Origin: the human T2T-CHM13v2.0 reference genome, Homo sapiens
Strand: one strand, 5' to 3'
Length of the DNA stretch: 64,000 nucleotides
NCBI RefSeq assembly: GCF_009914755.1
Contig: NC_060936.1
Part shown: positions 1 to 13,100 of the stretch, piece by piece
Numbering within the stretch: position 1 is the stretch's first letter
Layout: each line of letters opens with the position of its first letter
The notes under the pieces: model-generated
The model's input: only the letters and a program-made list of their open reading frames with translations
Databases searched by the model: none
What the model was told of the DNA's origin: nothing
Translations under genes and position numbers: made by a program

Positions 1-106
1 ATGGGTGTGTGTATGCATGTGTATGTGTATATCTGTAATTATGTATTATGAATGTAGTTTGCCTATATGTTTCTACATTAGTATTTGGGTAGCATCTGTG
101 TAATAA

Positions 107-1302
107 TGTGTCCAGAATTGGTGGATTCTTGGTCTCGCTGACCTCAAGAGTGAAGCCGCAGACCCTCGCGGTGAGTGTTACAGTTCTTACAGATGGTGTG
201 TCTGGGGTTTGTTTCTTCAGATGTTCAGATGTGTCCAGAGTTTCTTCCTTCCGGTGGGTTCATGACTTGCTGACTTCAGGAGTGAAGCTGCAGACTTTTG
301 CAGTGAGTGTTACAATGCTTAAAGACAGTTCGTCTGGAGTTGCTCATTCCTTCCAGGGGGGTTTGTGGTCTCGCTGGCTTCAGGAGTGAAGCTGTAGACC
401 ACCTAGGTGAGTGTTACAGCTCACAGAGGAAGCACAGACCCAAAGAGCGAGCAACAGCAAAACGTATTGCAAGCAAAAGATCAAAGCTTCCACGGCATGG
501 AAGGAAACCCAAAGGGTTACTGCTGTTGGCACGGCTGGCCTGCTTTTATTCCCTTAACTTGCCCCACCCACATCCTGCTGATTGGTCCATTTTACAGAGA
601 GCCAATTGGTCCATTTTATAGAGAGCTGATTGGTCTGTTTTACAGAGAGCTGATTGGTCTGCTTTGACAGAGTGCTGATTGGTGCATTTACAAACCTTTA
701 GCTGGACACAAGAGTGCTGATTAGTGCGTTTATAATCCTTTAGCTAGCACAGAGTGCTGATTGGTGCATTTATAATCCTTTAGCTAGACAGAAAAGTTCT
801 CCAAGTCCCCACCAGTCCCAGAAGTCCAGCCGGCTTCACCTCTCACTGACACTTGCCGGACTTTGCGGCACCTAGCCCAGGCACTTTGGCAGCCCAGAGG
901 GAGCTCCTCACAGACAAACAAGAGGAAAAGAGGGGAAGGGAGAAAGAGATGGAGACCCGCCATCGTGGCCAACGGCCCCGTGAAGAGGGAACAGTGGTCC
1001 ACACATGGGGCCCAGCAGGCACCAGCAGGCTGTGCCCAGTGCGGGGTCCACCAAGCCCATAGCCCACCCGGAACCCCCCCCAGCCCACCAGCGCTGTGCG
1101 CAGCCTGGGCTCCCGCCCGCGCCTCTCTCTCCACACCTCCCAGTGAGCAGAGGGAGCCGGCTCCAGCCTGGGTCAGCCCCAGAGAGGGATCCCGACAGCG
1201 CAGCGGCGGGCTGAAGGGCTCCTCCAGCGCGGCCAGAGTGGACGCAGAAGCCGAGGAGGTGCCAAGAGCAAGGGAGGGCTGCTACCACGTTGTCACCTCT
1301 CA
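107..1302 (-). mobile_element. Solo ERV9 LTR (LTR12 family, long B/D-like form)
   Basis: Minus strand starts TGAGAGGTGACAACGTG (1302) and ends CCACCAATTCTGGACACA (107). 4-bp TSD ATAA at 103-106 and 1303-1306. Tandem CCAAT repeats, a GC-rich U3 extension (846-1302), and a second internal TGAGAGGTGAAGCC at 845. Confidence 0.95.
577..765 (-). promoter_or_regulatory. Tandem CCAAT (NF-Y) box array of the LTR12 promoter
   Basis: ATTGG on + at 581, 605, 629, 653, 678 and 760, with a mutated ATTAG at 720, in 24-bp and ~41-bp repeat units. AATAAAAG TATA-like box on minus at 543-550. Confidence 0.8.
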
Positions 1303-1571
1303 ATAACATGATAAACTCATGGCCCCAACTACTAGAACCAGAATATTATACTAACATGCCTACCCACGGGCCCCTCCATCATGCCCTATCTCTCTGCCTC
1401 CCTACATCAGAGGTCAGCGCCAACCTCAATCATGTGTATGTGCATGTGTGTTCCTAAAATATATAGTTTTTAAAATTTGTTTTAACTTCTTGCAAAAGTT
1501 ATTTTGCTACATAGGACCTTCTGAAACTTCAAATCTACTACTGCATCCATTACAAGAAACACAATTATTTT

Positions 1572-2200
1572 ATATATCATCACAATAGTTAGAAACCACA
1601 CCAGTTACTTGAGCAGAGAAATTTTATATAAAACACCAGTACTAGGTATAAGGTTGTTATCCACTGAAAGGGCAAAAAGAGAACTCTAAGGTATCATAGA
1701 AGAAGGAGCTATCATCCCCTATGGCTTAGAAAACAAAGGAAACTAAGGGATAAACTTAGAAAAGGGCCCCTGTGGGGCTGAAACTCAGATGTCTGAGGAG
1801 GCACTGCCCAATTGCTGCTGGTGCCTGACCCCAGAGGAGGGGCCTTCCTAAGGCTGGGACCCAGGCCTCTGAGGTGGAGTGTTACCACACTGGTTCTGTA
1901 AATAATGGAAGAATTACAAGCTGATTCAGCTGCTGCTGTGGGAATGAACTGCCACTGCTGCTGTGAAGAAAGATTGGCAGGGATGGAGGTCACAGGAACA
2001 GGAAGAGCAAATCCTTCTTCCTTCTCTAGCAAGGCAGTCTCCTCTGGCGCCCCCTATTGACGAAAGTCTTCATGGAGTCAGTTGGCAAAGCACACATCTG
2101 AATTTGCAGTCTCCTGCCTGCAGTCTCATGCGTTACATCAAACAGCCGATTATGGAAGGTGAATTTGGAGCTGAGAGGCAATCTCTTAATAAGTGGCACA
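1572..2200 (-). mobile_element. ERVL LTR, LTR41 family
   Basis: Minus strand begins TGTGCCACTTATTAAGAGATTGCCTCTCAGCTCCAAA and has ...AACTGGTGTGGTTTCT near the other end, matching recalled LTR41 termini. It carries an internal CTCF-like motif. Confidence 0.7.
2045..2063 (-). promoter_or_regulatory. Candidate CTCF motif inside LTR41
   Basis: Minus strand reads TCGTCAATAGGGGGCGCCA versus consensus TGGCCACCAGGGGGCGCTA. Confidence 0.5.
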
Positions 2201-2329
2201 ACCAGTAATAAAGAAAAAAGTCCTTACAAGTCAGCTCAGAATTCTAAGATGCTATAAGAAAAACTGCACGTTAGAAGAGATGAAACATGGAACATTGCTG
2301 ATTGGTTCATATTGTTGAGTTTAGCTGTA

Positions 2330-2665
2330 GATCATTCATTTTGATGCTATATAAAATTTCATTATGGGAGTATAGCTTAATTTATTCATTCTTTTGTTGA
2401 AAAGCTTTTAGATAATCTCCAGCTTTTGCCACTGTAACAATGTTGTTATGAATATTCTTGTTCATGTCTTCTGATAAATTTGTTAAGATTTTCTCTTGAA
2501 TATAAATGTAGGCATGGAATTGCTGGCTAATAGGGTTTGTAAATGTTCAATATTAAAATATGTTACCAAACTATTTTCCACAGCGGCTGTACCAATTTAC
2601 ATGGCAACCTGCGATTGATAGATCCTATTGATGACATTCTCTCCAGGACATGGTATTACCAGATG
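2330..2665 (-). mobile_element. Old L1M (L1ME-like) 3' fragment
   Basis: Antisense L1 motifs such as ...tatgaatattcttgttcatgtc...ggaattgctgg...ccaaactattttccacagcggctgtaccaatttaca. Confidence 0.65.
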
Positions 2666-2885
2666 GCTTTGAATATGTAAGAGCTCAGTGAAGCATTGCT
2701 CACAGGAAGGTGAGATCTAATGGAAAAGTTATTCATTTTGAAGAAACGACAAGAGGACACACTCCAGCCAATACATACATGACTGACTGGGAAAATTTTG
2801 GCAAAGGACTGGTGGCGAGAGGTCCAGTTTCATGTATCTGATTGCCTACATGACATCTTCCTTTGGATGTCTGACAAACGCATCA

Positions 2886-3123
<238 letters not shown>

Positions 3124-3528
3124 GATGAACTCCTGAGAGTCTCACCAAACCTGTTCCTCTGGTTGTCTTCCCTATCTCAGTTAATGCCAATTTCATCTAG
3201 TTGCTAAGATGAAAATCCTTGAAGTCACCTTGCTTCTTTTTTTTATTATTATTATCCAAATTATCCGTAAGTAAAATCTTTTGGATTTACTTTCAAAATG
3301 AGTCACGAATCCAGTCACTTCTGATGAACTTCACAACACTGCCACACTGGTTCAAGCTACCATCATTCCCTCCTGGATTATGACAGCCTCTTAACTATTC
3401 TCCCTGATTCTGTCTTTGCCTCCCTTCAGTGTTTTTCTATGTCTTAGCAACTGCAAGGATCCTTTAAAAATGTAAGCCAGATCATATTACTCCTCTGCTC
3501 AAAATTCTCAAATGGATTCCTAACTTAG

Positions 3529-3852
<324 letters not shown>

Positions 3853-4194
3853 ATATAATCTTAAAATACATCTTTACAATCCTCTACAAGGTTCATGTAA
3901 GGTGGTACCCCATGAGCTTTCAACCTCACCTCCTACTACTTCGCTCCTTGCTGTTTTTCAAATGAGCCAGATATGATCCTGCTTAGGGCCTTTGCACTGG
4001 TTGTTCACCCTCCCTAAAATACTCTTTTCTCAGCTGTCTGCACAGTGCAGTCTCTCTTCAAGTCTTATTTAAATGTCATGTTCTCAATGGGTTTTTCTGC
4101 TTTCCCTGATTAAAATTACAAACCGCCTACTCGGCATTTGCTATTCTATGCTTTAGTGTTCTCCAGGGTATTTATTACCATCTAATACACAAGT

Positions 4195-4772
4195 AGCAGG
4201 TATCATTAAATATAAGAAACCATCAGTTACAAAAAACACTATAATTTTATGTCCTAGGAAATTAATTAAAAATTGGTGCCAATAAGACTTACATATTGCA
4301 TTCTTATCACTTCAACATTATTTTATATTTATTGAAAGAGCTATTTTAGACAACATTGATTTTTATTATGTATCACTGTTGTGCAAACCCAACAGAAAAA
4401 TATCAGCAGAACAAGTTGCTTAAATTGTTTAAGATATTACTAAAATTCCATCACATTTGGAATTCAGCTGTTTTAGATCATGGGACTGGTATTAATTGAC
4501 TTGGGTGTTTTTCCACGTAGCCCCGTGCTTTGTGCCATCAAGAGCTTTGGTGATGGTGCATTTCTCAAGAGCACTCTACTGTTGTCTCCAGGATCTTCTC
4601 CCAAACTGCTGACTTCATTCTACAAGTTCTGATACACATGCTCAGGCAATAGCAACTATGTCCTACAGCTGACAGCCAGACTGACAACTGGCTAACAGCA
4701 TCATAAGGCATGTATACATCTCTGAGATCTTAAAACGTGCAAATATGTGGATCTTAAAATAAATTAATCATA
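4195..4772. mobile_element. Kanga/MER104-like TcMar-Tc2 DNA transposon remnant
   Basis: Degenerate termini at both ends resemble ccgtatttcatcgattctaagatgcac. It splits the surrounding L2. Confidence 0.55.
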
Positions 4773-5448
4773 GCATTTGAGTTGCTTGTTTGTTGCCTGT
4801 CTCTCTAGATGAGCATGTAAGCTTGAAAATGGCAGGACTTTTGTTTGTTTTGTTTACTGCTATAATCTCAGCACCTAGCACAATACTTGGCACGTAGTTG
4901 TTAATTTCTTCTGCTATGCCAAGAATCATTAAATTAGAATAATGAATCATGCTTTCTGTTAGGTTCCACAAAACACCTGTGAGGTTGTGTTGAATGGATA
5001 GATGAATGAATGAATGAATGAATCCTCCCTACCCTGAACTATTCTTTCTTTTTAAAATTGTCAAAAACTTAGGACTTGTTCTTTAGACCACTGTGAGGCT
5101 CTTATTCTGAATTAGATATTTGCCATTCATGCTTTTTATAGTTGATAACAAGAGTAGGAAAATGGGTGGATTAAATACTATACTCTGAAATTGTACATCT
5201 TTAGTAATACTGTATCTGAGAACGCACTATTGCTTAAAAAGTGAATCAAAAACATTTATAAATAGAAACTGTCAATCGTCAGAGCTGGGAAAAAGATAAA
5301 CATTGCTCAGATGAATAACTGGAAATTTTATTATGTCAGCATAAAAAAAAACCAAATTGACTTGGTGTAATGTCCGCTGATTTTGTTTTATTGTCAAACT
5401 GTCACCTACTCAAATGCCACATATTCTACAAACAGAATAGGGAGACAA

Positions 5449-5591
5449 TTTTTATTAATTTGATTCATTTATTTAGAGATGAATTCTCACTATGTTACCC
5501 AGGCTGGACTCAAACTCCAGGGCTGAAGTGATCCCCCCAACTCACCTTCCCCAGTAGCTAGGACTACAGGCCTGTGCTACCATGCTAGGCC
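5449..5591 (-). mobile_element. FLAM (free left Alu monomer)
   Basis: Single Alu monomer. TSD GGAGACAA at 5441-5448 and 5593-5600. Confidence 0.85.
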
Positions 5592-6460
5592 AGGAGACAA
5601 GTTCTAGCTTGGTTCCTTCATTTGCTGCCTTTAACATCTTGGTATATTTAATTAGCATTTGTTGGGAACCCACAGATACATGATGCATGCAAAATTACAG
5701 AAAAAAAGAAACAGAGAAGAGATAAGGACAGCATGCCTAGAGGGAAGATCATTTCAAATTCATTATTTAAGTCTAGATACTGAGACCAGCTCTTTCTGCA
5801 CATTGTATATGGGAGCTAATCCAGTACATAGGAAACTTAAAATGTAAAAACTTACTTTTCTAGTGTAATCACACAAAACTTATAGTTATTATTTTCATTT
5901 TTAGCTAAATTAACATTTAAAAAGTTTTTTGGCAATTATATTATAGCTTTTAGCTGAATTTGCAGGGTTTGACTGAAATTTGGAACCACACATATTCTGT
6001 TGATTCCTATTGTATCAGTGAGCAGAGTTGAGATAAGAGAATAGGGATCTTCTACAGGAATCAAAGCAATTTGAGTGATGACTCTTTACTTTTCATCACT
6101 CTCAATATTTTTGTCATCTGAAATAGTTAATAATAACACAAACGAAAGCCTCTGGAAATTCTAGCATGCTCATCATGCATAAAACTCTTCTATAAATTTA
6201 CTTTTCAGTGTATTGTCATTGTTATCTTCAAAAACAGTGAGGTGCATAAGGAATGGATGATGAAGTCAATTTCATATGTATGCCCTTTATGGATTTATCA
6301 CTTTCATGGTTGTGCTCTGTAGCTACTGAGGAAAGTAATCAGAGAGACTCAGAAATCAACAAGTACTAACTACTTAAAGTGTGTGCCCAGCCTAGGGCTA
6401 AGTACTGAAGTGGAGGTGATTTGGGGAGAGGAATAAAGTTTGTATGTTTGTGTGTCTCTC

Positions 6461-6501
6461 TGTGTGTGTGTGTGTGTGTGTCTGTGTGTGTGTGTGTGTG
6501 T
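6461..6501. repeat. (TG)n microsatellite
   Basis: About 20 TG units with one TC interruption. Confidence 0.95.
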
Positions 6502-6910
6502 ACACACATATATATCTCTATATATCTTTAAGCTGCTTTACCACTGAATTCCTAGCATCAATGCCTCCATATTCAATATGATAGGTAATTACATAGCATG
6601 CCTCATTTTAGAACCCAAAACATATGGAACTTTGGAATTTTTAAAGTTATTATTATTATTTATTTTAAAGATTTTCACATTTTTCCTCATATCCTAATAG
6701 CGTGTTCATTTTCACCATTGCATGTTTTTTACTTATACTTTCTCTTCTTTATGTTTCCTTGTTTTACTTTTAAAGTGCAAATAATCAGAATATATCAGAT
6801 TAAGAAACTTTCCATCTCAAAAAGTCTAAGTCAGTATTTAATGAGTCTGGGATGGATAGCAAGACTGTTGTTAATACAAACTAATTTTTTAAAAAATAGT
6901 GGAGTAAGTT

Positions 6911-9340
6911 TGTCTTAGTCCATTTGGTACTGCTATAACAGAATCCTTGAGGCTAGGTGATTTATAGTGAACAGAAATGTATTGACTCACAGTTCTGAAG
7001 GCTGAGAAGTCTAAGATTGAGGTGCTGGCCTCTGGTGAGGGCCTTCTTGCTGCATCTTCCCATGATGGGAGGCATGACATGACAGAAGGGCAAAGAGACG
7101 GCAAGAGAGAGCAGAGAGCCAGCAAGAGGAAGCTAGACTTGTCCTTCTACAGGGAATCCACTTCTGTGATAACAGCATTAACTCAATCATGAGGGCAGTG
7201 CCCCCATAATCGAAATGCCTCTCAATTGGGTATCAAGTTTCCAATGCACAAGAATTAGGGTGCATATTCAAACCATAGCATTCTGCCTCTGGCCCCCCAA
7301 GTTTATATCCTTTTCACATACAAAATATAATCACCCCTTCCCAATAGCCCCAGAGTTTTAACTTGTTCCGGCACCAAGTTCAAAGTCCAGAGCCTCATCT
7401 AGATCAGATACAAGTGAGACTCAAGGTATGATTGATTTGTTTTGAGGTAAATTTCCCTCCAATTGCGAGCCTGTGAAATCAAACAAGTTATCTACTTCTA
7501 AAATGCAATGGTGGGACAGGACTAAGATGGACATTTCCATTCAAAAAGGGGAGAAATTGGCAAAAAGGAAAGAGTAACCGGTCCCAACTAAGTCCACAAC
7601 CCAACAGGGTGAATCCTAAGGCTCCAGAATAATTTTCTTCGACTCTATATCCCTATTCCTGAGCACACTGTGGTGAGGGTTGGGTCCCCAAGGCCTCAGG
7701 TGGCCCCATCCCCTAGTTTTGCTTGCCTTAGGCCACATAGCAGCTCTCAAGGGTTGGAGTCTGGTGCCTGCAGCTCTCCCAGGCTGGTGTTGCATGCTGG
7801 TAGTTCTACAGTTCTGGAATTCTGGAGGCAGCCCTACCCCTGTGGTTCCACTAGGCATTGCTTTGGTGGGGACTCTCTGCAGTGGCTCTGCCCCGTGACA
7901 GGTTTCTGCCTAGGTCCCCTGTTGGATACATCCTTTGAAATCTAGGTGGAAGTAGCCATGCCTCCACAGCTTGCACACTCTGAGCACCTGCAGAAATAGC
8001 ACCATGGGAACACCACCAACGTTTATGGCTTGCACCTTCTGGAGCAGTGGCATGACCTGCACCTGGGCTTGCTTGAATCATCGCTGTGGCAGCTGAGGGG
8101 CACTGTGAGGGAATGAAAGGAGCAGAGTTCTAAGGTGCCCCTGGGCAGGGAACCCATGGAAGACATCCTGGGCCCATCCCCATCCCGCCCCACACATACA
8201 CACACACTCCAAATCATTCTGCCTTCTTAGAGCTCTGAGCCTGTGATGGGAAGGGCTGCCTTGAAGATCTCCAGCTTTCAGGTTATTCGCCTATTGTCTT
8301 GATAAATAGCACCTGGCTTCCTTCTAGCCACACAAATCCCTTTATCAAAGGGTCGCTTGGCTGCAACCTGGTGCTCACCCTTGCATGCTTTTTTGTTCTT
8401 TACATGGCAAAGCAGAACTTTTTGAAATCTTTATGTTCTGCTTCCCTTTTAAATATAAATTTTGTCTTTAAACCATTTCTCTTTTCTTTCTCTTTATTAT
8501 ATGCAGTTGAAAGAAACCATGCAGCTCCTTCAATATTTTACTTAGACATTTCTCCTACCAGATAGCCTTGTTCATGACTCTTAAATTCTGCCTTCCATAA
8601 AGCTCCAGGGAGTGGACACATTTCAGCTAAGTTCTTTGCCACTTTATAAGAAGGATAGCCTTTACTCCAGTTTCTAATACGATATTCCTCATTTCTGGCT
8701 GAGACCTCATTAGAATGGCCTTTAGTGTCCATATTTCTACCAACATTCTGATCATGACCACATAGGTGTTGTCTAAGAAGTTCCATACTTTTCCTACAGT
8801 TTTCGTCTGAGTCCTCACCAGAATTGCTCTGAACATTCCATTCAAAGCTTTTTACAGTTTGTCCTCCAGATTCTTCCAACCTCTATCCATCATCCAGTTC
8901 CAAAGCCACTTCTGTATTTTCAAGTATTTGTTATAGCAACATTGCACTTCTCTGGTACCAATATTCTGTTTCAGTCCATTTTGTGCTGTGGTAACAGGAT
9001 ACCTGAGACTGGGTAATTTATGGTAAACAGAAGTTTATTGGTTCAAGGTTCTGGTGGCTGGGAAGTCCCAGATCCAGGTGCTGGCATCTGCAAAAGTCTT
9101 CTTGTGTTATTGCATGGTAGAAGGACAAAGAGGGTGAAAGACAGCAAGGGGGAGCTGAATTATTCTTTTTATAAGGAACCCACTCCCACAATGAAGAACT
9201 CACTCCTATGATAATAGCATGAATCTATTCATGGGGTTGGTGCCCCCATGACTCCAATTAGCCCCCACCTCCCAACACCACAGCATTGAGAATCAACTTT
9301 CCTATATGTGAGCTTTGGGGAAAACATTTAAACCATAGTA
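6911..9340 (-). mobile_element. Complete MaLR provirus (MST family, MSTC/D-like): 3'LTR 6911-7280, internal 7281-8966, 5'LTR 8967-9340
   Basis: Two homologous ~370-bp LTRs (tgtcttagtccattt...aaaccatagca and tgtttcagtccattt...aaaccatagta) flank a 1.7-kb MaLR internal region. The ORF at 8538..8879 (-) encodes the typical MaLR ORF remnant (DQNVGRNMDTKGHSNEVS...NWSKG...KVAKNLAEMCP). Confidence 0.92.
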
Positions 9341-11904
9341 AGGGTGAAAAAAAGAAACATTCAAAAGTATATTAGAAATTTGAGGGGAAATAGGTGTTGA
9401 TGAACTCTGAAGGCTTATCAAAACTGTGTTAATGGCCTTTACAAGATCATGTTGTCTCATAAATATACTTTTTGTAATAGACAAGAGTGTACCTAACAAG
9501 ATTTTAGACGCCCATCTAAAGTTTTACAGATTAACAAGAAATATGTGCCAATAAAAATACTTTATGAAGATTCTGGGGACAAGAAAGCCACCTTCCTCTG
9601 CTCTGGGTTGGTAATTGAATCTGAAGGTGGCTGCTGGAGGTTGACAGTGAAGGGCTGATGGTCCCTTCCCTACAACTTACCATGTGCACAGGAAAGGACA
9701 AAATTTCGTACTGGCCAAACTTGCATCCATACTTTCATTTTGCACATTCTTCCTTAATAAATGAATCTCTATGTCTAGGAATATATATTCATTGCTATAA
9801 TTTTCAAAAGAGAGAATTAAATAAAAGTACATTCATACTAACATCTTCCCTTATGACTTGATTTTTTTTTGTTTAGTAACCAAATATTATAAAATTCAAA
9901 ACTTAAAGTCTGCTATAATAGTGTCATGGAGTTAAATACTTTCCTTTGGGATCACATTTAGAATCTTACAAAGGCATGTAGTAGGAAAGTAGAATTGCAG
10001 TAAATCAATAGAAGTGCAATAAAGTAGTAGAATTGCAATAAAGAGATGTGCAAATAAATATTTACACTTTGTAGCATTTTTCTCATCTATTCAGTCATTA
10101 AGGTATGTGAGGATATGGAATCTAATTGAAAGTACAATCCGTTATTCTAATTTAGTAGTTCTGTGCATGGCAGAATAAAATTAACAGTGTCACCAAAGAG
10201 CTAAAATGAAGTGACGGCTCAACAAAAGACCTGGAGAGTCAAAAGCCTGAGTTATTATGTCACATGAACAATCATGTCCTTGTGTGGACACCCACATCCT
10301 ATTTTAATCCCAGACGTTTCTGAAAATTAGGTTTCAAGTTGAATATAAACATACGATGTTGAGACGTTGAAAGTAGAAAGAAGAGAAAGGCATGTCCAGT
10401 CGTATCAATACTCTTGAATGATTTGGAGTGGGGCCGTTTTGCAGTAATGCCAGTCCTCTGTGCACATTCAACCAATCTATTGAGGAACTGTCTTTGCTCT
10501 GCATTTGTAAACTTTTGCAGTTACCAAAGCCAATCACTTATGGAAATAGAGTTGACCCAGTGAGTAAATAACAAGCACATTGAAAAAGATTACCTCGAGA
10601 TAATGCCTAAAAATGTTTAAAAGAGAATCACCCATGGTTCTAAGTAGGGCTTTATGGCCACATAAATATAACCTATAAATTCAGTCATGCCTTCTCACTA
10701 GTAGGAAGTTTCATATATTAAAAACATAAGTGGCTTAATAAACAAAAAGGGGGAGGTAGTCACTGAGACCAAATCATAACAGACATAAACCTGAGTATAA
10801 GTTACTGAGTTCATGCTATAGCTATTCTTAAGCATAATAGTTTAAAAATATTCAAGTTACACCACTTAAGAAAAATTTACTTATCATAGGACTTTTCATT
10901 TTCAACCTCGCATAGAATTTTGCAAGAGAAGAAATCTTGGAGATTATCTATATCACCTATTTCCTCCTCACATCTGGTGCTAATTTTTCCTCTCCAGTCC
11001 TGCATGGGCAATATCTACCCTTCTATTAACAGCTCAGGGGTTGTATGTCTTTATATTACAGAAGGTAAGAGAAGTATTGTGACTCTAATTAAGAAGGGTG
11101 ATACAAGTTCAAGCAGTGCAAGCTATCGATTCTGTAGTTCTCAAATAAATAGAATGAAAGGTAACACGCGTATCTCACTTATTGAAATGAAAATCACACT
11201 AGTCATATATAGACTGCATAATTTATCGTTTTTCTGTTGATTTTCTGTTTCTAATGATCTTTGTGACACTTCCCTCTTTCAAAACAAAATGATCTGATTC
11301 ACTATATGTTTCTAATGTTGATACCTTCATATTGCCCATAAATTACTACATTTCCACAAATTACTGAAGAAAATATTGAATCTTTCAGAATTTTGTAAGA
11401 TATTTTAAACAATGGCATGGCTCATTAACACTGAATAGAAACCCTTAAAGCAGGTCATTTCTAAAACAAACAAAAAAAAAGTATAAACAGCAGTGATAAG
11501 CACAGAAAAATGCCAGAACTCATTTTGGGCTTCTGTTTAAAGAGACATACTCCAGGAAATAGGGGTGGAATAGGGAGGTTTTCCTAAATGTAGGTTCTAG
11601 GAAGCAGATTCTCATGGGCTGATGAATGCACCAGCCCCCACTATGATTCCTGCAGTACAGAAATTGTAATTTAAAAAAAATCAGGTTGTAAGAACTGTTT
11701 TCCAGTTTCTATTCCCACTCCTTCCCTGAGACCACAGCTCAGCAGCAATTGAAACACTAACGGGAGCAGTAGCTCTGATCCAAGAGAACAAACACATTTC
11801 TGAACTAGGGCAGATTGGTTCTCTGCATTCTGTATACACTGATAATGAGTGAAATAGAATGAACTTTGGAATCTTTCTCCACCACACACTAGTAGCACGA
11901 TTTT

Positions 11905-12040
11905 ATGTAAGTACCTTGACTTCCTGAAGCCTCTGTAAAATGGGAATAATAATGCTTAGCTTACACAATGGATGTCAGAAATTGAGCAGATGTGACACAA
12001 TGTCTAACAAAGTGCTTCTCAGATAGTAGATGTTCAAAGA
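11905..12040 (+). mobile_element. MIR fragment
   Basis: Core MIR motif cttgacttcctgaagcctctgtaaaatgggaataataat. Confidence 0.6.
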
Positions 12041-12185
12041 CTATACTCTCAGAGATCATTTCTATAGCTTATTAAATAGTAGGTGTTCAATAGATTCCAG
12101 GTGCCATTCTTAAATTGTCAGATAGGCCAGTCTTTTGCAATGAGCAGTGTGCCCAACTGAAAGTGAATGGTATGATCTTGTTCTC

Positions 12186-12612
12186 TTTTTTAAAAATTTT
12201 ACATTATTTATTTTATTATTTTTATTTTTTTAACTTTTAGGTTCAGGAGTACATGTGTAGGTTTGTTATATTGGTAAATTGTGTGTCGCAGGGGTTTGGT
12301 GTATAAGTTATTTCATTGCCCAGGTAATAAGCACAGTAGCCAACAGATAGTTTTTTGGTCCTCACCCTCTTCCCACCCCCAACTCTTAAGTAGGCCCTGG
12401 TGTTTGCTATTCCCTTCTTTATGTCCATATGTACTCAATGTTTAGCTCCACACTTATAAGTGAGAGCATGTGGTATTTGGTCTTCTATTCCTGGGTTAGT
12501 TTGCTTAGGATAATGGCCTTCAGCTCCATCCATGTTGCTGCAAAGGTCATGATCTTATTCTTTTTTATGGCTGCATAGTATTCCATGGTGTATATGTACC
12601 ACATTTTCTTTA
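12186..12612 (-). mobile_element. L1PA15/16-like 3' end
   Basis: Poly-T, then ggttcaggagtacatgtgtaggtttgttata...cttataagtgagagcatgtggtatttgg...gcatagtattccatgg. Confidence 0.88.
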
Positions 12613-12752
12613 AGCTTGGAGGGCATCACAAATTGCTTCTCAACACTATGAAAGGAGAAAATGCTTCTATCTTATCACAAATTGGGTTAATGAACATAGA
12701 ATAAAAGTGCATATAGGGCCACTGTTTAGGAGCAAAGTACCAGTTTGTTCTT

Positions 12753-13100
12753 TGTATCAGTTAGCTTTCCTGATTTCAAGCAACAGAAATAAACTCTGGC
12801 TAATGCACTAAGAAAGGGAATTTATTAGAAAGATTTCAGATTGCTCACAGAACTGAAAGGAAGGTGGGAAACTGGGTTGGCAAATAAAAGAAATAAGAGA
12901 GCTAGACAGCAGGAACCAGCACTGAAACTGTGTCATCGGGTGTCCCTGGCAGCACCACCTTCCTAGCTACCACCAAACACCATTGCCACCGGGCAGTGGA
13001 TGCTGCCCTGCTTTGCATACTGCCTTCTCTGGATTCTGCAGCTTGGTTCCTGATGCTGCTGCCGTGAATAATTTCTAACTCTTGAATTTTTGATACATTC
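12753..13100 (-). mobile_element. Old MaLR LTR (MLT1K-O-like) fragment
   Basis: tgtatcagttagc...caagcaacagaaataaactctggctaa...aagggaatttatt terminus. Confidence 0.55.

Noticed and set aside
577-790. Regularly spaced repeats superficially like a CRISPR array
   Set aside because: These are the tandem CCAAT units of LTR12. There are no unique spacers, and the context is eukaryotic.
784-1309. Several overlapping 97-147 aa ORFs and a CpG-island-like stretch
   Set aside because: All lie in the GC-rich U3 of LTR12, where stop codons are rare. No protein features.
10320-10560. CpG-containing unique stretch as a coding exon
   Set aside because: Stops in all plus frames, and the minus 67-aa ORF has no recognisable motif or convincing splice pair.
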